From Octopus sinensis (lineage: Eukaryota), in the NCBI RefSeq assembly GCF_006345805.1, contig NC_043012.1, forward strand, positions 53,444,001 to 53,508,000: a stretch of 64,000 nt of DNA, given 5' to 3'. Positions 24,249 through 37,519 of this stretch are shown in pieces; positions within the stretch are counted from its first letter, which is position 1; each line of letters begins with the position of its first letter. A program made the translations under genes and the position numbers. The notes under the pieces were generated by a model, which saw only the letters and a list, made by a program, of their open reading frames with translations, ran no database searches and had not been told where the DNA came from.

Positions 24249-24500
24249 TAAATGCGTCCTTTTAAAGCCTAGCCAGGCTCATGGGCCCGGTTTCCCGGTT
24301 TCTATGGCGTATGTGTTCCCCAACTGGACGGGACGCCAGTCCATCGCAGCGTTACTCATTTTTTCCAGCTGAGTGGACTGAAGCAACGTGGAATGAAGTG
24401 TTTTGCTCAAGAACACAACGCATCGCCCGGTCCAGGAATCAAAACCACAATCTTGTGATCATGGTGCTGACACCCTAACCACTAAGCCACGCGCCTCCTC
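24249..24500 (-). mobile_element. tRNA-derived CORE-like SINE family C, intact, with perfect 15 bp TSD
   Basis: TSD tctgttcaaaataca at 24234-24248 and 24501-24515; head ggcgcgtggcttagtggttaggg; loosely tRNA-Arg-like, as in described octopus OR-type SINEs (inference). Confidence 0.9.
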
Positions 24501-25281
24501 TCTGTTCAAAATACACATCACCAAGCGTTCAGTCTACTTTACCATAATGGTAAAATAACCGTTTTGCGTTACTTGAATTAAAAACCGCCCCCAGCGACAT
24601 GTTTCGTTGTAATAGATATAATTCATCCCGAATTTACAGTTGCTTATGGGTGCGCATTGAATGCAAGCAAACAAAAGTTATATATTGTTAAAGGATGTCT
24701 TGAATGACGGAATCAATTGCATTATATATAACTAATTCTAATATATAAAAAAAAAACAGTAGGAGAGACTGAAACTTATTACATGGGAAAGTAGTGTGAT
24801 GAAAATTTCTCATAGCATTTCTAAAGATCAGATTTATTTGTCCCTGTGTTTCATTGAAATCTAATAATCAAACATGTATCGGAAATTGTTCATGAGAGGC
24901 ATTTGTCAGTTCTATTGTGCTCGCCAACCGAATATCACATAATGTTTAATATGGATTTGAATAAGAAAGTATTTCTATTTCACACATGTTATAAATAAAT
25001 ATTTTCTATAATTTATCATATAAAAATTATTTTTTTAGCGAGAGCACTGGGTGGCACAATTTTGGAATGCGCAACAATGAGCATAATCGATCTTATCCAA
25101 GATCAGATTTGGTGGTTATTTTTGTTTCCGGAGGGGTGAAAGTCAAAGGCGTCTTCGGTAACAGTTTGAACTCAGAATGTAAAGGAGTATGACTAAACAA
25201 CACTAAGAAACCTCTCTCCCCCCCTCTCTCTCTCCTCTTTATCCACGCACCTTTTTAACTTCTTATACTATATAATTATAA

Positions 25282-25498
25282 GGCGGCGAGCTGGCAGACA
25301 CGTTAGCACGCCGGGCGAAATGCGTAGCCGTATTTCGTCTGCCGCTACGTTCTGAGTTCAAATTACGCTGAGGTCGACTTTGCCTTTCATCCTTTCGGGG
25401 TCGATAAATTAAGTACCTGTTTCGCACTGGGGTTGATGTAATCGACTTAATCCATTTGTCTGTCTCTATGTTTAGCCCCTTGTGGGTAGTAAAGAAAT
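25282..25498 (+). mobile_element. SINE family B monomer
   Basis: Head plus one body unit ending gtagtaaagaaata. Confidence 0.88.
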
Positions 25499-25550
25499 AT
25501 ATAATATATAAATATTTTCGACTACTTGTCATAGCTACAATAAAAATAAA

Positions 25551-26270
25551 GAAAATGTCATCTTTAACAGCATCAGCCTTTGTTTAATTATCCCAAAAGA
25601 ATACGTCTTCAGATTTTCCTTATTGCAATTATGACACATTATTCAAGTACAGAAATTGTACTTCTAAATAATTTAAGCCGTAACTATATAAATACAATTT
25701 TAAAATTACAGAATATATCACGAGTTGTTTTTCTATTTCTATTTCTGAGTTTAATTAAATTTGTATAAGCTGGTAATTTATAGTAACTGATAATTTAAAA
25801 AGCCTTTAATTTGCCTAAATATAATTAGAGGAATATAATTGGATTTAGACGATAAACCTACGGTGAATTAGATAACAAGAAAAATATATATGCGCTAAAG
25901 ATTTAAACTTTAATAAATTGTAAACATATTTATGTATTTACGAAGAAATTTTAAAGATTCTACATTTTAAATCTTTTTTTCTATAAACAGAACAAACTTT
26001 GGTGTCGTTATGAATAAGTCTCTTATGTGCAGCGCTGAAATTAATCAATGAATGTTTGACTCTCTAAAATATCTATTAGTGTGTGTTTGCTATTTTAAGA
26101 GCTAGATTTGATTTTCAATTTATGTAAACACATCATGATAATATATAATGCATTGCTTTCTCTTTAATGTGCTAGATCATTCTCAAGAATGATTTATTAG
26201 AGAAGCAAGAAACCTGTAAATCAATTATAATGAATATTAAAACAAAAAGCTGTTTCGTGGCAGTTTCCCA
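25551..26270 (+). repeat. Unclassified AT-rich paralogous block, copy 1
   Basis: gaaaatgtcatctt..catcagcc..tgtttaattatcccaaa and tcaagaatgat motifs recur at ~29112, ~33541 and ~37690. Confidence 0.7.
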
Positions 26271-26449
26271 ATATACCTTTTACGTTTTGGTTTTTGCTTT
26301 TTATTTTGGATTTTTGGATGTTTTTGGTGGGGGTGTTGTTTTTTGATAGCTTAAGCATGTTGAATGAACATGTTGAAGCTCCTATATTTTGTGGGTGATG
26401 GATTTCAGAAAACCCTATCTAACATGCAGCAGAGCCTCTACAAAATTTA

Positions 26450-26593
26450 TAGGCGTAGGAGTGGCTGTGTGGTTCAGTCCCACTGCGGAGTACATTGGTC
26501 AAGTGTTTTCTACTATAGCCTCGGGCCGACTAAAGCCTTGTGACTGGATTTGGTTAGACGGAAACTAAAAGAAGCCCGTCGTATATATGCATG

Positions 26594-26637
<44 letters not shown>

Positions 26638-26843
26638 TGTGCGTCTGTGTTTGTCCTCCAACATCGCTTGACAACCGATGCTGGTGTGTCTACGTCCCCG
26701 TAACTTAGCGGTTCGGCAAAAGAGACCGATAGAGTAAGTACTAGGCTTACAAAGAATAAGTCCTGTGGTCGATTTCTTCGACTAAAGGCGGTGTTCTAGC
26801 ATGGCCGCAGTCAAAAGACTGAAGCAAGTAAAAGAGTAAAAGA
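26450..26843 (+). mobile_element. SINE family A, near full length (short deletion in head)
   Basis: aggcgtaggagtggctgtgtgg..ttcagtcccactgc head, internal (TA)n, (GTAAAAGA)n tail. Confidence 0.88.
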
Positions 26844-26879
26844 GCATTTGACCTGGGTTCTATCCAAGGAAGAATTTTA

Positions 26880-27460
26880 TCTTTCGACAAGTTACATACC
26901 CCTTAGTTGGTGGTCAAGATATTATGAGGGGGAAGGGAGAAGAGTAGGATAGGGATAGGAAGAGATAAGAATGTAAGGAATGAATATTTGTGAAGATTGG
27001 TAGGTGAAGTGATATGTGTGAAAGGCACTAAGGTGGAGGGATGGATTCAGAACACGATACAGTGGTGGTTTCTAAAGTGAGTAGTGAACCTTAGAAAGGA
27101 AGGGAAGAATATTAAGATACAATGGTCACGTTTCTAAAAATAGACAGGTGTTTATTACACTGGCTAATATGATAGAGAGGGCTGAGGAATCGGAGAGTGA
27201 AGCAAAAAAGTATCTATTTATATACAAACGCGCGCATACACGTACACATGCGTATGTATATCCACTATTATATCGGCCCGCGTAACTGTCTACCTAAACC
27301 CATACGCATATGGGAGAGAAAATAAAGAATGTGTAGTGGCTAGCAATCTATCATGGCGAATGCCGGACATAGGGTCACACAGGAGAGCTAGGAAGAAGGG
27401 GAGATAATAAAGTAGTGGTGATCTCAAAACGAAGGTGCGCGTGCGTGTGTATAAGAGATC
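26880..27460 (-). mobile_element. Degraded PLE-related remnant(s)
   Basis: 27315-27362 is a reverse-complement homologue of 50531-50580; the pyrimidine-rich minus strand resembles the PLE 3' region. Confidence 0.35.
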
Positions 27461-28090
27461 ATGTATGTGCGTGTGGACGGTTTCAATTTCCCAGACTGAG
27501 TGTGCATTGTGTTTATTTCACGTTGCTCTATTTCACTCAACTGTAAATAGAAAACATTGCAACGGACTGTCATTCCGTTCAAGGGGTAAGTTAACTTACC
27601 TGCCTTGCTAACGGGGTGTCATTATTTGAAAGCTATGAAAAAAATATGTAAAATGTACAGTGACCAGGGTCATTTAGAATAGCTTGTGGTATTAGTCCTG
27701 GCTCTCAGTCTTCTGACTTCAAATTGCAACGGGGTTAACTGTTTGCTTTTTATTCTGTCGGCATTTATAAATAAATCAGTAGCCAAGAGTTTGGATTGGC
27801 TGGACGAAATTGTTAGATCATCCACTCAAATTCAAACATTGCTGTTTATATAGAAAGTGAAGGCAAACTGGCAGACCGAAAGTGACTGCAGCAGTAGCAG
27901 CACTCTGTAATTAGAGAAGCATTTGATTTTTTAATTATTGTGTGTAATGGATACAAGAGCTTTAAAGACCGAGTATTGTGTTTATTGATCTTAAGTCTCT
28001 TTCATCACAATTATCAAACTCACTAGCGATTGTAGAAAGAGAAACATTCTCGACGTCGTGGAAATGACGAGGTATAAGTTTTATATTTGA

Positions 28091-28483
28091 CTAGCAGTAT
28101 CGCCCGGCGTTGCTCGGGTTTGTTTCGACCTTTTAGAATTGGAATTTTTGAAAAGTAAAAAATTTGCCTTATGTAGCTTGTTATTCTCTTTAAGTGTTCA
28201 TTTTTCTGGTTGAAATGCACCAAAAAATGGCAACACAGCAGTCAAAAAATCGTAAAAAATAGGGATTTTCATAGAAAAAAGGCACCTTTTTGACGTAAAT
28301 AAGTTTTGGTGTTAATATGGTCCGAATTGAATTTTTTTTCTTCTACGGAAGGAAGAGCAAGCCTTCTTCTATCATACTCTCAATTTTGGTCAACTTGCGC
28401 CGCAGGGTCTCGGAGGAGATAGTGTTAGTTGAAGGCTGCCAAACTGCCATACACAGACAACTTCAGCTTTATATATAGAGAGA
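28091..28483 (-). mobile_element. Non-autonomous Helitron (393 bp)
   Basis: Minus strand A|TC start, CTAG|T end, subterminal hairpin cccgagcaacgccggg ~8 nt from the 3' end, no TSD. Confidence 0.8.
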
Positions 28484-29111
28484 TTACGCGTCACATACTG
28501 GGAAATATTGATCTCTACCTTATACACAGATGTGAATATTTTGGGATTGAACACAGTCGATTGCATCAATGTTGGTACAAAACTGGAACTTAATTTACGA
28601 ATACTGGGTTTATGAAATCCAAAGTCAACCTCGAGTAGATTTGAACTCAGAATGTGAAAGGATGAAACTATATATTTGCAAAGCAATTTGTCAGTCGTTC
28701 TACTGAGATAATCAATTTACCACAGTTTTTGAATTGATATAATAGGAGTTATTGAGATTGACGGAACTCAGTACCTAAGCGGCCAAAGGGATTCAAAAAC
28801 TTTTCAATCATTCTTGAAAATGAGGAAACGCCATCTAATGCGAGTTAATATATTGTTCGTTTTAACACATGCACAATGCCACACATTTTGGAAATGGTCG
28901 TAGTCGATGTACTCGTTTAGTTTTAAGAATCTAGAAGTGTGTAAAAAAATTCAAAATACATGGATTTGAACGTAAAGGTACTTTATTAAACATTGCTGGA
29001 AGACATTTTGTCCGTGATGCTATTAATTCTGCACATACACCGCCATTTTAAACCTGATATGACACGTACTGTTTGCGATTGCTTGTCACAAACAAACCAA
29101 TAATAGTGAAG

Positions 29112-30420
29112 GAAAATGTCATCTTTGAAAGCATCAGCCCTCGTTTAAATTATCCTTAAGGAAAACTATCTATTGAGATTTTTTTCTTATTTTGAGCAGA
29201 GTATGACACGTTGCTAGAACAGCAGTCGTATTAGTTTCAGAATACAAAATGAGTTATTTTCTGAATATTTAAGACTTAACTCTATACATACACTGGGTAT
29301 TACAGAATTATTTCTTGTCTCAGCTAATGAAGTTATATTCTGAATACATTAAGGCATAACTATGTGCATCCAGCGGGTATTACAGAAGTATATATCATTT
29401 CACCTAATAAAGTTACGTTCTGAATATTTTAAGGCATAAATACCTGCACTCGGTAAAAAGTTTAAAATTTTATTGCATTCGAAGTTGTTTTATCGATTCT
29501 TTTTCGTAAATGAAACAAAATTCGCACGATCTGCTAACTTATTACCTCGCAAATTTCTTTAGCTCACCTAAATATAATTAGGTAAGCTAATATATAATTA
29601 ATTCCAAAAACTCATATCGAATTCGTTGATAAAATTTGCCTATATAGGCGCCTGTGTATGCTAGTCGCGTGCGTGTGTGTGTGTGTGCGTGTGTGTGTGT
29701 GTGTACATTCATTATTCCGTTAGTAATGAGCCTTATGAAATATTAATGGAGAAATTATAAATATTCTACAATTTTAATTTTCTTTTCCCAGAAAATTTGA
29801 ATACAAAATGAACTGGTGTAGTATTGAGAATATATTAGTGGCTTGAAACGTTCGAATCATCCAACGAATGCTTGGCTTTCTGAAATATTTTCTCAAGTGT
29901 GAACTTGATAATGTTACTGGTTGGATTAGAAGCTTTTGTTTATAGAAATATATCATGAAAATAGATTGTATTAGCTTCTCATGAAAGTATCGCTCTTTCT
30001 CAAGAATGATCTATTACATAAGCGAAAAGTCCACCATCAATCATGGTATCTACAAGAAGTATAGCGTTTTACATCTTAGCATATGCGGCTTCATCAAAAT
30101 CAGCATTGTGCATTTTATAACACGTTGTATAACTATTTTCTGATTTGAAACTGGAAGACTGTGTTTTCTATATATATGGTTATTACGTAACCATATATTG
30201 AGTCCTTTTAGATAACACTCATGAAAGGATTATAACATAAAAAATCGAGCTGATTGAATGCGCGTTTTCTCCAGCTTCTTACATAGATTAGTATTGTAAT
30301 GTTTTGGAACAAATTATGTATCACAAACTGGACTGGGATTAAGAGAGCTATGCGTCTTTTCCACAGAAACAGGGAACTATCAGAAGTATAACGCCTATTG
30401 TAGACCTTTCTTGGATGCAA
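29112..30420 (+). repeat. Unclassified paralogous block, copy 2 (longest)
   Basis: Shares its start with 25551; shares a 24 nt identical run catcaatcatggtatctacaagaa (30035-30058) with 37727-37750. Confidence 0.72.
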
Positions 30421-30590
30421 TACTGCATTCCCCTTGTCGTTACTATGTTTGGGGTTTGTCTTCTACGTGATAACTGAGTTCGGTAGCACCTTATGGCACC
30501 TTGAGCAAGTGCCTTCAACTATAGCTTCGGGCCGAATAGAATCCTTGTGGTAAGATACAGTTGACAGAAACTGAAAGAATTCTGTCGTGT

Positions 30591-30704
<114 letters not shown>

Positions 30705-30730
30705 TATGTATATGTATATATATATATAAC

Positions 30731-30798
30731 ATAAATTAGAGAAAAACCACTATTATGTAATTCAAACAATGATAGACATAAGTTTTTCTCTAATTTAT
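30731..30798. repeat. 68 bp mini fold-back with perfect 17 bp arms in (TA)n context
   Basis: ataaattagagaaaaac ... gtttttctctaatttat. Confidence 0.7.
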
Positions 30799-31811
30799 AT
30801 ATATATTATATATTTATATTGTGAAATTTGATTTAATACTAAATTGAATTTTTCCCTGTAAGTTTGGAGTTATACTCCCTAATATTATTATTATTATATA
30901 TGTATATATATATAATATATATATATATATGTATTTATGTATGTATATATGTATATATATAAATAAATAAATAAGTAAATAGATATATATAAAGTGATGG
31001 TTTGTTGCCATCACTCAGTGTGGTAGTCCCAGGAAAGAGAAGAATGCTACTGCTATCACTTTATGTGTGTATATGCGTGTGTGAGTGCGCGCGCGTGTTT
31101 GTGCGTGTGTGTATGTGTGTGTGTGTGTGTGTTTCTTTGTTTGTCCTCAACACAAATTCACAACCAGTGTTGGTCTGTTTAGTGGTTTGGCAAAAGAGGC
31201 CGATAGAATCAGTGGAAGGCTAAATTAAAAAGAAGTAACATGTACTGGTGTCGATGTACAAGGCGATGCTCCAGCATGGCCTCAATCTAATGACCGAAAC
31301 AAATAAAAGATAACAGATTACAGATATATCTGATCTACAATTCGAACAAGGCAAGGTTAATTCACTTAAAGCTTCATCTTACTGTTGATAGTAAGTGGCA
31401 GACCAGAATATCTGAAAATATTTCATGCGATCGGCTGTTATCTAATCCTTAGAAGAATTTTACTTCTATCACGATATTTATCTTCAAACCTTCGCTTGAA
31501 ATAGCTATAACGATAAATTATCTCTATAAAGTTACTTAGAAAATAACATATGCCCTAAACCACTCGCTTTTGTGAAATATTTCACTTAACTTAATGGTAA
31601 TAAAATGAACACTAGTATACTGAATGTAAGGTAATTCTAATTCAGCTCAAAAAATTCTGTAGGATTGAGGACAATAGTTTTCTAATTTATTAAGGTTGGA
31701 GGGCAGGAGAGACAACCTCTAATTTTTAATTAATTAAAGTTAATGAATTATGGAATTGCTGTTGTATTCCTAAGCCACAAACTCACAGCCGAATGAATTT
31801 CCGTCCCATAT

Positions 31812-31984
31812 ACACCGTAGTTTAATGTGTATAGGGAACCCTTTTTATTTCTTTGTTAAAATTTAGGTTTTAAAATTATGGGAGTTTCTTTTACATGGAT
31901 AGTATTGTAATCCCTTATAAAAGCTTTTTTCCAAATTCTAAACCTCAGAAATTAGGGAGTTCCTTATACCTGAAAATATGGTAA
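31812..31984. mobile_element. Possible degraded MITE with (T)ACCGTA-type TIRs
   Basis: caccgtagtttaatgtgtatagggaaccc versus gggagttccttatacctgaaaatatggta. Confidence 0.35.
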
Positions 31985-33061
31985 ATCGAATCTTTGTTGA
32001 TGAATAATTTAGTGTATGTAGTAGAATTGTTTCATACTTGTAGAAGGATCTGAAAGAAGTGACACCCGTGTCAACATGTATTGTCTCCCTTTAGTCATTA
32101 AGCAACATATTTGGAATAAAAAGTCAGTTTCTTGTTTTACCTTTCAACATCATGTAATCGTTGTTATTACGTTAAGTACCGCTGGCGAGCTTTAGGTTTG
32201 TACCAAAGAATTTCTACATGAATCTTTAATTATCCTCGCTGCAGTTACTCTACATTTTCCCTTTGGCGTGAAAATCATTTGAGAGGACATTACTCGATGT
32301 GATATCTCTTTAGTTTCTTCAATGGAGTTTCAAGTTCAAATTTGAAACTGAAAACTTTAAGCTGATGTCTTTAAACGGTGTTCAGTAATCCTTAGTGGTG
32401 TTGATTGAATATGTATTACGGTGCGAAATTAATGAAAAGCTCTTAGCACGGTATAGAAACAGGGTTTTTGCAACCACGAATAGACTGAAAACTCCCAAAT
32501 TGTTCGCACAAACGTCAGGCGATATGAAAACAAGAAACACAAGTTAGGCTATGATCTGTACTGACAACAAGAATAATCATGTGTTGTAATTTTATTGAAT
32601 AGAATGCCTGGCTCTTGAATATATAAAAGATATGGAAAGTATTCATTCCTCTGCATATGAAATCATAAAGAAAAATAAAACGATTTAGTAAATTTTAGTA
32701 AATATGAGTGAAATAGATCCTAAATCCATTCAGAATTTCCTACTAAAATAATTTTCAACCAGCGAAGGATTCTTAGGGATCACTTTGATAGCAATAGTGG
32801 ACGCCTCATAATAATGTTTTTTAGTGTGTGGCGAAAGATTATTGTCTGTCATAATTATTATAGAAAATATCTCTGAAAAATATACTTTTTTTTATATTTT
32901 CACTTGAGATAATACGTGTTATTTTCGATAACAAGATAAGTTCTAACTTGTGCATAAGGCATTTTTGGAATAGGCATAAAATTTTCCAATAGGGTCTAAT
33001 ATAAAACTAGTACTTACTTTTCAGAAGCCGAAACAATAAAAGACAAACACAATTTTTATAT

Positions 33062-33364
33062 TATTTATACTTGACGGACATTTGTCTTCATCTTGTTTGT
33101 TATTAACACAACGTTTCTGCTGATATAGCCTCCATCCTTCATCAGGTGCCTCGGGGAAATTTCGAACCTGGGATCTCCTTCCTTGCGAAATTTCGAACCT
33201 GGGTTCACATTCCTTAAAAATGACAACCTAGGTTCGAAATTTCCCCAAGACACCTGATGAAGGCTGGAGGGTATATCAGCCGAAACGTTGTATTAACAAC
33301 AAACAAGATGAGGACAAATATCCGTCAAATGTAAATAATGTAAATAATGTACATAATATAGAAC
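33062..33364. mobile_element. Second fold-back PLE mini-element with two hammerhead motifs
   Basis: ~110 bp inverted arms homologous to 20508-20749; same atagaac/acagaac right end. Confidence 0.82.
33249..33294 (+). ncRNA. Minimal type I hammerhead ribozyme, intact core
   Basis: GACAC-CTGATGA-A-GGCTG(10 nt)CAGCC-GAAAC-GTT-GTATT; palindromic ACGT in place of stem III. Confidence 0.8.
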
Positions 33365-33540
33365 AGAAAGACACTTTTAGCAAAATTTGAAATTAGAATG
33401 CAAACAGAATGTTACTAAACAGCATGAAAGCATTCTCACTCCCCCTTTCGATTTTGCACTCCAACAAATCTATTTTAAATTGATATAATAAGGGTTATTT
33501 TTTTTTGGTGATCGTTTGTTTCAGATAATATAATAGTTAT

Positions 33541-34060
33541 GCAAACTATCATTTTTGTAAACATCAAATCTTGTTTAATTATCCCAAAGGAATGCAATTT
33601 CTTAATATTTTCCTTATTATATTCCAAGTATGACATGTTGTTCAAGCAGAGATCATGTTACATTTAAAAGAGAAAATCAAATTGTTTTTCTCTGAATATT
33701 AAAGAATGTATATGAATATAGATACAACAGGTAAGAGTTACTGATGAATTTATTGTTACAAAAATTCCCCGCGTAGTTGTTTTTGTTTATAAATTATTGT
33801 AATGCAAGGCATCTGGTATCTTTTACCTGAGAAAAATCCCATTAGTTTATGTTAATCTAATTAGTGGAATATAATTGGATTTAAATGTTGGCATCTTCAC
33901 TGATTTTGATAAGAGGTAGAAATATAAAGACTCATCGTTTCAGGTTAAATAATCCGTTAAAATCTTTAAAAATTTATTGAGAAATTTTAAATAATATTTT
34001 GATACGGTTTGTGTTGCTAACAGCATTATCGCTAACATAATCTAGTACATATCTCAGACT
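33541..34060 (+). repeat. Unclassified paralogous block, copy 3
   Basis: tgtttaattatcccaaagg, ttttccttatt, gtatgaca and attagtggaatataattggattta shared with copy 1. Confidence 0.65.
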
Positions 34061-34320
34061 TTTATCATTCCTAATACAACTGTCTGGTAAACTATGGAAC
34101 AAAATCGGGGACATAATTTATTATACACAAAAGAGAATTTTCTGAATACTCGAAAGAGAGTTTCCTGAAAAATTATTGAACAAAATTATTGAACAAAATC
34201 TAAAAATCTAAGACACTATATTCTATAGATACAAAAATCATATCTATAATATCCTCATGACAAGTGAATGGGAAATATGTGATTTTGAATGAAGTGATAT
34301 TCTTAGATACATAAAGATTT

Positions 34321-34442
<122 letters not shown>

Positions 34443-34471
34443 ACAGAGACAGGGATGTACATGTATGTCTG

Positions 34472-34504
<33 letters not shown>

Positions 34505-34545
34505 GTCATTCTCTCTCCCTCTCACTATATATGTATATATATATA

Positions 34546-34584
<39 letters not shown>

Positions 34585-34586
<2 letters not shown>

Positions 34587-34766
34587 AGCACTCCGTCGGT
34601 TGCGACGACGAGGGTCCTAGCTGATACGATCAATAGAACAGCCTGCTCGTGAAATTAGCGTGCAAATGGCTGAGCACTCCACAAACACGTGTAGCCTTAA
34701 CACGTAGTATTCGGGGTAATTCAGAGTGACACAGAGTGTGACAATGCTGCCCCTTTGAAATACAAG

Positions 34767-34770
<4 letters not shown>
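34585..34770 (-). mobile_element. SINE family C long tail
   Basis: Reverse-complement homologue of 3140-3335. Confidence 0.7.
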
Positions 34771-34820
<50 letters not shown>

Positions 34821-35044
34821 TTGTGTGTGTTTGTGTGTGTTAATGTATGTATATCATTGTTCAGTTTTATTTCAAGATTTCTTGCCAATAGAGAAAGAAT
34901 CGGTTCCTAACCTAGACCCAAGTCTCCTTCACTGGAATCTCAACATCAACAACAGGGTATTTTTGTATTTAGGTATGTATGTATATGTGCAGATTTGTAT
35001 GTTTTGCTTTATGCATGTATTATCATGCATAATGTTGCATATCT

Positions 35045-36310
35045 AGACATGCTCATATATACAGGTTTTTACAGATCCAGTAATGGATTGGATCTGTAGT
35101 CTTCGAATTAGCTTTCTCATTTCTGATTTTGAGTAGCCTAATTCCTCAAGATTGGTGTTTAGGCAGTGTGTTACGTTTCCCAGTGCCCCAATAATTACAG
35201 GTATAAACCCGAACTTGTGAACTGGATAGAGTAACTGCAAATTACTCAATACTTCATTGTAGGTATTCTCATTTTCACTAATCTCTAGCTTTGTTAACAT
35301 CTATTGGGCAGCTAAATTCTGTAACGGTACACGGTTTCAATCCTCTATTCCAAATCATTATATCAGGTCTGTTGGACTTACATTTTATTGAGGTCTTCAC
35401 TGCGACATTCCACCAGTACTCCTTTTCATTATGAGTGGTTATGACTTCTACCATACTGTGGGTTCTTATTTTTTGCCCTCAGGTTTATCCTTCCGACAGA
35501 TTTCATTATAGAGTGTTCTAGCAACAACATCATATCATATCGGTAGATAATACTGTGATGACATTCTCGGAAACTGCTTATGGCGTGGGTGATACCTTCG
35601 ATGTTAACTCCACAAAGTCAGCATCAGTTGTCACATTTCTCTGCTTTCCCTGCATCTCTATCCCTTTTGTGCATCAGATACTTAGTTGATACTCCTGTTC
35701 CTGGATTGTGAATGCATACACATCAAAGTAGGAGGTAGTAATCCGGCTATTGGTCCATGATAAACTGCTTTGATGATCGATGTTACTATCATCACAGAGC
35801 TTTCTACTAACATATCCATGCTTAGTCTTCTGCTCATATAGACTCATCCTTTCATCTGATGATACGTTGCGGTAGAGTCGTGTGACTTCTTTGAGTATGT
35901 ATTCTAAGTTAACAGACAGAGTCTGTTGCTAAAGGAGCTGCCCTCCATATCCTATGATGTTATCAGCCCCGTGTATGCAAACTTGGTCAGGCGATACACT
36001 TCGATACTCCGTGGTTAAAAGATATTGCCATAGAGATGTGATACGACATTCGAAGGCATTGTTTACGTTTTAGGTAGAGGAGGTCTATATCACTGTTTAT
36101 GTGGAAATTGTGTGCTTGTTAGTATTTTTTTGGTTTTCACATCAATAGCTCGGATCTCATCAAGCGTCCAATCAAGCAGCCCAAATGTTGGTATGAGTAC
36201 TGGCAATGCAAACACATTGTGGGCCACTATTTTATTGAATGCAGAGAGTTTTGAGGTCCAAATTTTCTTGATTCGGCCGCAATATTCTTTAGTGATAGTG
36301 TTTTGTTACA
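35045..36310 (-). pseudogene. R4/Dong-like RLE non-LTR retrotransposon 3' remnant
   Basis: NKIVAHNVFALPVLIPTFGLLDWTLDEIRAIDVKTKKIL; NRPDIMIW (PD motif, ~35350-35376); FIPVIIGALG. Confidence 0.8.
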
Positions 36311-36324
36311 GGTGTCATTATATA

Positions 36325-36448
36325 TATGTATGTATGTATGTATGTAGATATGTATGTATGTGTGTATGTATGTATGTATGTATGTATGTATGTATGTATG
36401 TATGTATGTATGTATGTATGTATGTATGTATATATGTATGTATGTATG
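36325..36448 (+). repeat. (GTAT)n microsatellite
   Basis: Direct reading; similar arrays at 36725-36813, 39014-39056 and 41512-41665. Confidence 0.95.
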
Positions 36449-37519
36449 AATCTATCTATCTATTTATGCATTATCAATAATAATAATAATAATACAGAGT
36501 AAAATTAATTAATCAATTAATAATTAATAGTTTTACCCGGGTGGATTCGTTATTTTTTCTCTTTTCCTGCGTGAGTTGAGAGTATTACTGTCTGGGAGAT
36601 ATCTTATGGTAATGGAATAATATTTAACCGCTATTTCAAAATTTCGGTATGTGGTGAGGCAATTTTTGCTGAACCGTAATTATGATTATGCTTATAATTA
36701 TAGAATTTTTGTATCTATTTATGTATGAATGTATGTATGTATGTAGTATGTATGTATGTATGTATGTATGTATGTATGTATGTATGTATGTATGTATATA
36801 TGTATGTATGTATGTCGTATCAATACATTACAATGCAGTGATATAGATTAATTCACTAGAACTTAGTTCACTGGAAATATAAGTTCATGCCTACATATGT
36901 GAATTTTGTCTGATATAAAAAGTGGGGTATAATGCACTGTTTTAATATTTATTGAAGCTTTACAGACTTGGGCGTGCCATCGCACATTTTCATAAACATA
37001 TTTCCATATATTCCATAGTTAATATTATATTAAGTGTTTGCTGCATAAATTGTTGTTTTAACAAATTTGCAATAATTATAAACCCACTCCAGATTTATGA
37101 GATAGCATAACAGCCGCCCATGATTTCCATAAACAGGGATTTCATAGAAATTACAAGCTCAATTTGCATTTGTTGGCGACATCGACAAGATAAATCTATG
37201 TTTATCTTATAGTACTTTTTACAATATGTAAAATTCTATTCGCAAAGATGGGAATAATAGATAACAACACGCAAGGTAGAAAGATAAGAAATGTCTAACA
37301 AAGAATATAGTTTTCAAAGATGTTCTCTTCTAAGATCGTACCTTTCATTACTATAATATGGAATTTATACATTACTAGTCTCAAGGTCTTCACAACCTAG
37401 AAAGAATATAATTTCAAAATAATCGTGAAATGTCTACAGGATACATTTTCCCCCTTGTCGAGAAAATTTTAAAAAGGAAAGAAAACTAACATTTGTAACG
37501 TGACCAACATGGCGACTAT

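Noticed and set aside
24420-24500. SINE heads as tRNA genes
   Set aside because: They have A and B boxes but no complete cloverleaf or acceptor stem, and continue into SINE bodies with TSDs.
26805-26843. SINE-A tail AGTC-aaa(t/a)-GACT-GAA(A/G)CAAGTA resembling a hammerhead 3' half
   Set aside because: No CUGANGA upstream in any copy; better explained as an ordinary 3' stem-loop plus tail repeat.
29940-30130. Coding potential in the paralogous blocks (MIYYISEKSTINHGIYKKYS...)
   Set aside because: Comparison with copy 4 shows mostly non-synonymous changes and stops in the frames I checked on both strands.
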